Part shown: positions 52,001 through 60,968 of the stretch, piece after piece
Layout: every line of letters begins with the position of its first letter
Position numbering within the stretch: the stretch's first letter is position 1
DNA from: Euglena gracilis
Taxonomy: Eukaryota
Assembly (NCBI GenBank): GCA_039621445.1
Contig: CP154954.1
Location: 25,308,954-25,372,953, forward strand
DNA: 64,000 nucleotides
Direction of reading: 5' to 3'
The notes under the pieces: model-generated
The model's input: the letters and a program-made list of their open reading frames with translations, nothing else
Told to the model about the DNA's origin: nothing
Databases searched by the model: none
Made by a program: the position numbers and the translations under genes

Positions 52001-54250
52001 GTTTGCGTTGATGAGCCGCATGTGCCAGCAACGAGCTGCTGCCACGGGTGGCGCGATGCGCTGTCCCTCCTCTGCCTGTGAGACTGTGAGAGGTAGTTGG
52101 CCTGCGCTGACCCCTGCTGTGACAGCAGGACACCGTGGTGCAGCTGCCTCTCAAGTTCATGGTACACCGCATGCAGGTTTTTCTCTTTGATCGGTATATT
52201 TTTCCTGGACCATGCAGAATCAAGTTTTGGTGCAAGTTTGCTATTCCAGATGGAGACGGGAATAGCTGATGGCGAAGTCAACCTGGTCAGCGGCGATTTC
52301 CTAGCGATCCGTGGCCATGCATTCATTTAACACGTGCGTGACCCCTCTGGGGGGATTTCTCGGGTGGGTGTGGCACAACCTTGGATGAAGTCAAGGTTAC
52401 GTCGCTTGACCCCCTCCCTGGGGGTTGGGATGCTCCATGGGCAGGCTTCTTTTTTTGGGAAATTTGCACTCCCAGGAGGTGCCAAGTGCAGGCAGGAGGT
52501 TATGGCATCGACCCCCTGGGAAAAAGTCCCCCCCCTCCCTCGGAGTCACTAAGTGGAAGTGGTCAGTATTTACAATGCTCTTATTTGCGTCGTCGCCAGT
52601 AGCAGTAGCAGTGTTTTGATACATTTCGACCCACAGGCAGAGAAAGCAAAAAACCTTCAGCAAAAATTACAATTGGTCCACAGCTCAGCCCGCATCTTCC
52701 TGTTCACAGCGCACCATATGATGGCCTAAATGCTAGCACACGTGGCGCACAAACGGTCCGCTATTTCTGCGCTTTTTTGGTTCCATGTCTCTCCTTGCGG
52801 TGTACAGTTCGGGCTGGGTTGGAGGATCAATGCCGACACGCCGAGGGGTGGTGATCCAGCCTGCCCAAATTTTCAGCCATTTCAGCACCCCTGGCCCAGG
52901 GGTGCCCATAGGGCTGTTAAGAAAGGGTCAGTCCAGCCCGTTCAGAGTTAGAAATTCCCTACCTACCCCTGGGAAACTGTCTGCTACCCACTGTTACCGC
53001 TGACCTGTCTCCTGACCTAGTCAAGAAGACAAAATATGACCTGTCTCCAATGCTTGTACCCGCTGACCTGTCTCCTATCAATTTTTTTTGAAGAATTTTC
53101 ACATTTTTTGAAGCATTTTTCCCAAGTTGAAAAAAATTTCTTCCATTTTTCTCCAGATGCTGATTCCAAATATTTCGAAAAAAAATCATGCCAATTTATT
53201 CCCACTAATTTATTCCCACTGACCCGGTGTACTGGCTGATTTGTCTGGAGGCAGTTTCTCGGCGGAGATGGGTAACAAAATATTGATTTTTTGGGTAGGT
53301 GTACTTGTGAGTCACCTCCCAACTGGCTGCAGGGAAGGAAAACCCACACAGGAGAAACACAAACACAGTTTTTTTTTGCATTTTTTTATGCTTTTTTTGG
53401 TTTTTTTTGGTCATTTTTTGATCTATTTTTTGTTTGAATTTTTTGACTTTGAAGAATTTCTCATTTTGATCCCATTTTATTATGAGACAAGAAATGCCAT
53501 TTTGCCATTTTTTGCATCTTTGGTCAACAAATTGCATATTTTTTATGAAAAATTAAAAAATTTCCTTGTAGAGGTGGAAATTTTTCCAAGTGCATTCCAG
53601 CAAAAAGTGCACATCCCGGGGAGCTGCTGAAGGATTTTACACACACAAAAGATGCACCTTTTTTTTGCATTCTTTTGCGTTTTTTTACGCCTACTTTTTG
53701 GCGCCGGCGCGTTGTAAGCATTTTTTTTTGGCGTCGCGTTTTCCAACGGTCATGTTGTATTCTCTCCCCTGCTGAGGGGGAGTGAATGCAATGAATGAAT
53801 GAGGCTGGTGGTAGGGTTGACAGGTTTTCAAAATGTAGGTGGGTGCAGCATTTCCCACAAATTTGTTTCACAAACAACCACAAATAATCACAAACCAGCA
53901 CAAAGTTTTGGGACATCCCAAAATCACAAGAAACCACAAATGACCACAAACAGCGATTTTTCCCTTTCTTTGAACGTGCTCCTCTGAAAATGGCTTTCGG
54001 TCGAGGATTAATTTCCCTATTTCGACAAATTATTGATGAATTCACCAAGCTGCCTAGGGAAGGGGGAAAATGGGTCGGAAAGAATTGGGCATTGAAGGTG
54101 CAACCGCTTTTATGCTGAGTTGAAATTCTTCTGCGACATCAGGATTAAGTTTCTCCACGACTGCTCTGAGGACCAATTTGGAATCAAGCATTCAAACACT
54201 GGGCTGACTTTTACGGTTTAGAAATTCCCATCCCACCACATACAACAATC
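49100..54250 (-). pseudogene. Decayed YR-retrotransposon relic, copy B
   Basis: Paralog of the above. Fragments include IPIKEKNLHAV, TTKPQKVWGFQAFLKQF (YR SAM-like W..F..FL), IVQKSKSD and GWTDP. Confidence 0.42.
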
Positions 54251-55363
54251 CACAGGATAAAGTACCAAATACCCCCCCGGGCGCTTGGCCCCCCTCCTTA
54301 CGTGCAAACTTGCCCCCAAAGTGCACATGGCCGCCAGAAACCTTAAGATATAAACTTGGCCCCCCAAGGTTGGCCCCCCGGCCTTCCCTTCAAACGTGGC
54401 CCAGGCCCACCGCACAGGGAGGGGGGAGGGGGTTGCCCTTGTGTCAGCCAAACACAAACAATGTCTGGTGTCCCGGGACCTCCGCCCGATGCATCGAAAC
54501 AAACACGTCACTCCCAGGCTGGGCTGTACGGGATGCCCCGCAACAGATGGGTGTGTCGGCGGTGGGGGTCGACCACCTCCCCACCCCCATTCCATCCTGG
54601 TGGTATAGGGAGGGGGTCCCTCCACCAGGCCTTCCCTTATTTCCCGTTGTGCCAATTTTTAGGTCAGAATTGTCTTTTGGCGCCTTGGCGCCGAAGGAAT
54701 TTTCTTTGAACGTGTCCCACGGTGGGCGGGAGTTGACCCCCCCCCCCCAGGCCTTCCCGTACAGCCCTGCCCCCCAGGGCAACCGCCTGCAGGTGCTTCT
54801 TCCCCTGACCCTCCCTCCAGAGACAACCGATGGGCTGCCCACCTCATGCCCCAGCGCCCCTGGCCCTGCGGAGGCCTCCCCGGCTCCCCCGATCGCCGAC
54901 CCCCCGACCGGGTCAAACGGCCCCATGAGGTCCCACGTCCCGACCCGGCGGAACAACGAGGGAGGCCGCCGCCCAGGGACCGGAGGAGAGCGGAGGCCTG
55001 TGGGGGCGACGGTGCGGGTGGAAGCCGGGCGGCAACGGGCGGGGGGGGGGCAGCGCATTTTGCGGTGTGGTTTGATCTGTGTCGGGCCAGCGGCCGGGCC
55101 GGCCCGCCTCCCCCGGCGCGCTGTCCGCCGACAGCCTCGGCCACGGTCCTTGGCGACCCCGCCTTTCGCCGGCGCGCCTCCACCCAGAGTGGGCGATCAA
55201 CAAAGCTGCACACGGCCTCGTTCGACGGGCTGGAGCAGGTGGTGGAGGATCATCGCTGAGGTTAAAACTCCCGAAAAAAATCTGCAATTACCGAGCTCGT
55301 GAACAGGAAAAAAATTTTCTTGGCCATCCTGGGGTGTATTATTAGTACCCCTCCTGGGGGGGT

Positions 55364-55784
55364 ACACCAAGAGCACAGAACCCAGGTGGGGTCCAAAGGT
55401 CGAGGAAACAGCAGCAGCAGCAGCAGCCCAGCAAGCAGCAGCGGAAAGTATTTCCTTCCCAGGGGGACCCGGAGGGCCGTGGTGGTAAAAAGAGTCCACT
55501 GCAGGTGACACCGGTACTCGCCGGCACGCAGTGGAGGAGTGGGCCCCTTGGGAACCCCTCTTGGGAATGAAGTTGAGCAGCAACAGAAGCAGCAGCAGCA
55601 GCAGCAGCAAGAAAGGGGAGCCAAAAAGCTCAAGGGGGAGGGGAAGGACCAGGAAACCACAAAACGGACGTTTGAAGTGGATATAGGGTCAGACAATTAT
55701 TGTGAGTTGCTCCGAAGAAAGGGCCAGAAGCGGAATGCAGCGCCAGGCCTTGAACCAGACGGAAGCCAAAGTGCACCTAAGGGG
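55364..55784 (+). repeat. 5' pseudo-LTR of the PLE
   Basis: Direct repeat of 60555-60968, from ACACCAAGAGCACAGAACCCAGG to GTGCACCTAAGGGG, roughly 85% identical by eye. Confidence 0.9.
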
Positions 55785-56058
55785 CATCACCCGCGCAAGC
55801 TGTGTGGTCCTGCACTCCCAGGACATGACATCCAAGAATTGCATTTCCATACCCTTGGACAAAAAACAATTTTTCCAGGAAAGTTTTCAAGGTTTTCAAC
55901 TGGAGGGACCATCGTGCCTGGTGTGAAAAAATCTGGAAGGAAGGAGCGTGAAGGAAGTCCAGACCAAGGTGGCCTCCATCCAGCACCGGTGGTCGGCAGA
56001 TGGTGATTTCCACCATGTCCCGCAATTTGTGGAAGGAAGGGATTCTGGCACAATGTCA

Positions 56059-56345
56059 GAGATCTATTACATGCACCATTTGCCTTCAGGGAAGGGGTAC
56101 GTGGGCCTGGCCCACCATGGTGCGCACGAGCGCATGAAAACACATTGGGGTGTCAGAACCGGGAGACTGATCCCATCAGCATGATGATGCGTAACAGCTC
56201 CAGTGCATTTGAATGGATATGTTGGCCAGTGGAGAGGTTCCCAGGACGCCGAGAAAGGCGCAAACAGTTTCACAAGAAAGCTGCCCATCGAGAGGGCTGG
56301 TGGGCATCTTTCCTGGGCACCTGGTGGCCGCGGGGCTTCAACTGG
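56059..56345 (+). pseudogene. GIY-YIG endonuclease domain (frameshifted) of the PLE
   Basis: ORF 55948-56184 has EIYYMHHLPSGKGYVGLAHHGAHERMKTHW (GIY..YVG..R..H). ORF 56145-56468 continues with REGWWASFLGTWWPRGFN, the E..W...L.T..P.G.N C-terminal motif. Confidence 0.88.
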
Positions 56346-57229
56346 GGAGCACTGGCGGGTACCATAAAGGTGGTGCAAAGGCGGATTGGAACACCCACCG
56401 AGAAAATTTTTACCGAGAGTGGTACAGCAAGTCGGAAAGAGGATTGGCAGATGCGAAACAGTGGGTGAAGGATATTTGTGACGCCATCACCTCAGGGCAG
56501 GACGTAGGCTGGGAACAGCTTGAGCAAATTCAGCAGAAGCGGGATGTGCTCCAGGCGTTGAACATGGACCCAGCGCTGGCAGGACCCCACCGGCGGCGGC
56601 TGGAGCGTTTGGTGCGGGAGGAGCTCAAGCGACACAAGGAGCTCAAGAAGAAGCCCAAAGGAGATTTTGTGAAATTGCTAATCACCCACAAAGGATGGAA
56701 CGCACCAGAGGTGAGGAAAGTGATCCGGGAACTGCAGGTTTGCAAGTTGCACCCAGACCCCACAGCTGCAGAACACATTTGGGTGTGTGAACACAAATTT
56801 CCACCCATTGGCAGCTGGTTGCTGAATTAAACTGCGCTTGAAGATGAGCACCTCACCGCGAAACAGAGAGCCGAACTCTTAACTAGGAAAACATCAACGG
56901 TGAGAAAGACCCCAAAAGTTTCTGTCATATCTTTCATCCACGGGTGGAAGATGTGTGGAAAGGACATATCGGCACCGCAGATGTCAGGAAGTTCAACAGT
57001 CCGCTTGTGCGTGGTTTGTTGATCAAGGGGCAAGCCTACTAGCTGGAACACAGGGCTGAGACCTTGCTGCAGGAGTTAGGAAATGGGCTGGATGGATATA
57101 TCCAGTAAAAGATGAAAAGGGGAGGAGACCCTATAGATTTTGAAGCCTGGAAATTGGCAATCATCCAGAGAGTGAAGGAGAAGCTCACAGGCTCTGACAA
57201 CGCCATGTTCCCCACAGGAGACAAGGGCC

Positions 57230-58520
57230 AGAAAGAAATCCAGGCCCTCCAAGAGCATTTGGTGTTTCTGAAGGAAGATTGGGCACCGCATGTTGGGGTG
57301 GCCATGTGCACGTACAGATATATGTGGGGGCATACCTTTCAGGTGGACAAGGAAGACCCACAAGCCCTTACCCAAAGGCATTGGCATTTCCTCGAAAAGA
57401 GAGGGCTGCAGCCCAACAGGCACACATTTATGGAATCTGGAAATCTGCCAAAAGGAACCTGCGGTGGATAAGCGGTGTGGGAAAAGACAAGGAGGAGGAA
57501 AAAGGAAAGGAACACACAGAGCCAGAAGGGTCCATTGCAGGCGCCGGCAAGGAGTTGGTGGGTGTGCACACACAAGTGATGCATTCACTCCGGAGCAAGG
57601 ACGCCCACAACCGCAGGAAAGGGTTGGCCAAGGCATGCTGGTTTGTTGAATCGGTTGAGGAGGTGGCACAGCCGTTGCGCTTTGAAGCCACAGATGTGGC
57701 CAAACAGGGTGCAATGGCAACTACGGTGGATTTTGTAACAATGTAGCCCTCATTTGACCAGATGTTGTTGAAAGACAGGCTCAGGGATGCGATCTGTGAG
57801 GCTTGGGGATGGGAGGAAAAGAGATTGGAAGCGAGGCACCTGCTACGGGCAAGGAAAGACAGGTGGGTGCACCTCAGCCAGAGGAAGCAGCACAGGATGC
57901 TTCTGGATGCTGGTCAAAGGAGGCGGTGTTGGCAATTTGTGATTGACACTGGGTTCATCAAGAGGGGAAGCACGCTGCTGAAGCAGGTGAAAGGGTTTGG
58001 GATGGGGTTGGCATGTGCACCCCAAATTGCCAACCAAATTGCTACCCTGTTGAGAGAGGTTTTGACGTCACAAAGACATTTGAGGAAATGACATTTGAGG
58101 AAATGGAGCACAATTACCATTCCATTGATGATATTCTCTCATTTTCCGGATGCATCCCGACTGCAGAGCAGTATGGCATGCAGTACAAATACACAAAGAC
58201 CAATGATGGAGAATCTGTGTACCTCGGAATGGTCCTCAAGTGGCTCCTGCTAGTGCACACAGGGGAAATGATGTTCTTCACCGGAATGCATTTCAGAGAT
58301 TGCATGTACCCAATCCGAATCAGGAGGTACCCAGGGGCAGGGTCAATGGTCACAGACTCCCAGCGCTTGGGGGTCCTCACTGGCCAGTTCATCAGAGCAC
58401 AAAGGCTGTGCTCTACACTGCAAATGTTCAAATTTGCAGTGCAGGGCATTGTCCTGGCAGCCACCCGTAGGGGGTATTTTAGGCGTGCACTGGACCGCAC
58501 GTGGAGCAAATTCCTTGCTG
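57230..58520 (+). pseudogene. PLE-type reverse transcriptase and thumb (stop codon and frameshifts)
   Basis: Motifs appear in order: LQEHLVFLKEDWAP..MC..Y; IYGIWKSAKRNLRWISG; WFVESVEE; TVDFVTM*P (TAG where Y is expected); KQVKGFGMGLACAPQIAN; YHSIDDIL (YIDD-like); VYLGM; thumb YPGAGS..GVLTGQFIRAQRLCS..F..RRGY. Confidence 0.92.
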
Positions 58521-58650
58521 ATTGGTGGAAAGCGGAAGAAATCCGGCGGGTGGAGCTGCGTTCGTGGTTCCGCAAAATGATTTGTGTGGTGAGGCTGCAA
58601 TTGCAGAAGGAGGGCAAGGAGCACAGCAAAGCTGTCCCATTTGCAAAGAA

Positions 58651-58710
58651 ATTGTGCCGGTTTGGAAGCGGGCGTTTGTACCAAGAGGTTGGGTGCCCAT
58701 TCCAGCACAA
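58651..58710 (+). pseudogene. Degenerate CCCH zinc finger after the RT thumb
   Basis: LCRFGSGRLYQEVGCPFQH fits C-x5-[C>R]-x6-C-x3-H. The R codon CGT is one transition from TGT. Confidence 0.6.
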
Positions 58711-58789
58711 GGTGCCAGTCCGTCAGCACGCTGCATGCCAATGCTGCTGTGGGCACAGCGGGGAAGTAGTCAGGAAGAACCAAGCAACC

Positions 58790-59195
58790 CTGTGGTTAGC
58801 AGCCCCCGATGGGTCATTTCTGTTCCATTGCGCCGCCGTGTCTAACGAGGGCACCGTGGCTCTGGAACTGCACCCCAAAGTATGCAAAGTACGCAAAGTA
58901 AGCAGCTTATGTCAGGGAGGAATGGGATACAGAGATCCCGGGTTCGGGAATGTCGGTAGGACAAACCTTGACCACCCTGGGCTGGGACAAGGAGGATATT
59001 TGGCATCTGTGGTCAGCCATATCCATTGGGCTGAAGAACCAGAGCTGGATTTGTTGCCTTCTGTCTTGAAATTCAGACTGCGGGTGTTTCTGGACCATGG
59101 TGACCATTGGCAAGAGTGCACACAATATGGCTCCAGAGGTCCCCTCAGGCGGGTGGTGTTCCACCAAAACAGGGGGCATCACGACGCGATCATGA
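58790..59195 (+). pseudogene. OTU-like cysteine protease (deubiquitinase) domain in frame with the RT
   Basis: ORF 58013-59542 contains PDGSFLFHCAA (cf. DG[N/S]CLF; TTT is one change from TGT), YLASVVSHIHWAEEPELDLL (Y....W[G/A]..E[L/I]), LRVF and VVFHQNRGHHDAI (cf. HYD). Confidence 0.7.
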
Positions 59196-59908
59196 TGCAC
59201 GGAATCCCGGATCCAGAGAGGAGCCACCACACAACCCACTGGAAGGTGAGGAAACCACTGCTGGTGGTGCCAACCAGGGCTGAGAACAAAGCCGAAGCTT
59301 ACCAGAAAGCTGTGCAGAAGCGCAGAGCAAAGATCAGGAGGGAGAAATTTGAAGCGAGTCGCCAGGGCAATGTTTTCATTGATGACGACGTGGAGTTGTT
59401 GATGAGTTTTGCAGAGCGCAGCTGTGACACGAGTGTTGCCTGCAACAACTCCATGGCAAGCCCTGGGGGTCCGAGAAACCACTCCCAGCCAGGACTGCAT
59501 GGCAGTTTACAAGAGGATGGGCTTTCTGATCCACCCGGATGAATGTTCCAAAGAGGCTTTTCAGAAGCTGGGAGATGCCAAGGATTAGGTGGATGACAGA
59601 GAAGCATGGTACGCAAATTACCAACAAAGGGAGGCGTCCGACCGACTGGCGAGGTGTTGGGCACTCTGGGTTGCCGGAGGCGGGCAGCTCAACATCTTGC
59701 TGGTAGAAGAAGACCTGCAACGCCATTCTGGTTTGGGAGAGGAGGGCGTGTTGCACATACAGCTGGCAGCACATCGGTTTGGCATGGGTGGAAACCGAGG
59801 TACTGTTGCAGAGCAGGCTCAGGCAAAGCACACACACCAGGACCCAACCTCAATAGTACCATAGTGAACAAACAGAGCACAGACAACAGAATATGAGGCG
59901 CTAGGCGA

Positions 59909-59958
59909 GGGCGTCAGGAAAAGAGAGGTTCTCTTCTGATGGGGACACAGAAATGGCA
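59909..59958 (+). ncRNA. Candidate degenerate hammerhead ribozyme
   Basis: GTC (59913-15), a stem (agga/tctt or aagaga/tctctt), CTGATGG (59936-42; consensus CTGANGA), a short spacer and GAAA (59950-53). It lies between the ORF end and the ORF restart. Stems II and III are imperfect. Confidence 0.3.
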
Positions 59959-60968
59959 GCAGAAGAGGAGAGCCACGATTGGAAGTAAGGGGAGCGGATA
60001 GGCGAGGCCGAGAGCCGTGGTCCTCTGGTCACAGCCAAAGGGGGTCCCTGGGGACAAAAAAAGCGAGAGCCGGGGAATGCACCAAGAGCCCAACAAGCTC
60101 CTGGAGGCAGCCAGCCCCACCAGAAATGGCACCAACCCGTTAAGCAAAACAAACCAAACAGTGCCGAAGGCTGGACCACAGTCCGAGGCACCGGAAAATC
60201 AATTTCTACACACACTCCCAACCACCTGCCTTGATTTCGCCACCACAGTTTGGAGGTAACCACACAAAAGGTGGACACACCCACATCTACACCAACGCCC
60301 GCAACAATGGCAAGGCGTGCTGGTTTGGGCAGCGGTGTCTGTACCAGTACCCAGCCAACTGGTGGGGATACACCCAAAAAGTGCAGCCCACAGAGAAGGG
60401 CACCCCATGGGGAGGGCGGGGCAGACCCGCGGGGGAACAGCGCATGTGCAAGTATGGTATGGGATGCTCGCGGAGGACCACCTCCTGTCCATATATCATC
60501 ATGCCCATCCAATTGTGAACAACGACGCAGACAGCAACACAACAATTGGGAACCACACCAAGAGCACAGAACCCAGGTGGGGTCCAAAGAGTCAGGGAAA
60601 CAGCAGCGGCAGCACCAGCCCAGCAAGCAGCGGCGGAAAGTATTTCCTTCCCAGGGGGACCCGGAGGGCCTGGTGCTAAAAAGGACCCACTGCCGGTGAC
60701 ACCGGTACCCGCTGGCATGCAGTGGAGGAATAGGCCACTTACCACCCCGAGCACCTCTTGGGAACGAAATCGAGCAGCAACAGAAGTAGCAGCAGCAGCA
60801 GCAGCAAGAAAGGGGAGCCAAAAGCTCAAGGGGGAGGGGAAGGGCCAGGAAACCACAAAAGTGAATATGGGGTCAGACAATTATTGGGAGCTGCTCCGAA
60901 GAAAGGGCCAGAAGCGGAATGCAGCGCCAGGCCTTAAACCAGACAGAAGCCAAAGTGCACCTAAGGGG
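59953..60968 (+). pseudogene. Restart of the PLE ORF N-terminus (two CCCH-like fingers and a Q-rich tract) in the 3' pLTR region
   Basis: ORF 60231-60518 has ACWFGQRCLYQ.. and MCKYGMGCSRRTTSCPYI, the same C-x5-C-x6-C spacing as the finger at 58651. The downstream CAG-rich segment equals the 5' repeat that leads into GIY-YIG. Confidence 0.6.
60555..60968 (+). repeat. 3' pseudo-LTR of the PLE
   Basis: Direct repeat of 55364-55784. Confidence 0.9.

Larger units (their letters stand above)
55364..60968 (+). mobile_element. Decayed Penelope-like retroelement (PLE), N-terminal GIY-YIG type, with direct pseudo-LTRs
   Basis: Frameshifted + strand ORF fragments give GIY-YIG, PLE-type RT and thumb motifs in order. 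A ~415-bp direct repeat bounds the element (55364-55784 vs 60555-60968). The element is absent from the homologous block at 15.5-16.7 kb. Confidence 0.9.

Noticed and set aside
56820-57750. Stop-codon recoding or selenocysteine in the PLE ORF
   Set aside because: The in-frame stops noted are TAA/TAG (one at an expected Tyr) and accompany many frameshifts. Ordinary decay explains them.
59420-59780. Additional C-terminal zinc fingers in the PLE
   Set aside because: Cys/His spacing is only suggestive across frameshifts and cannot be supported without a consensus.
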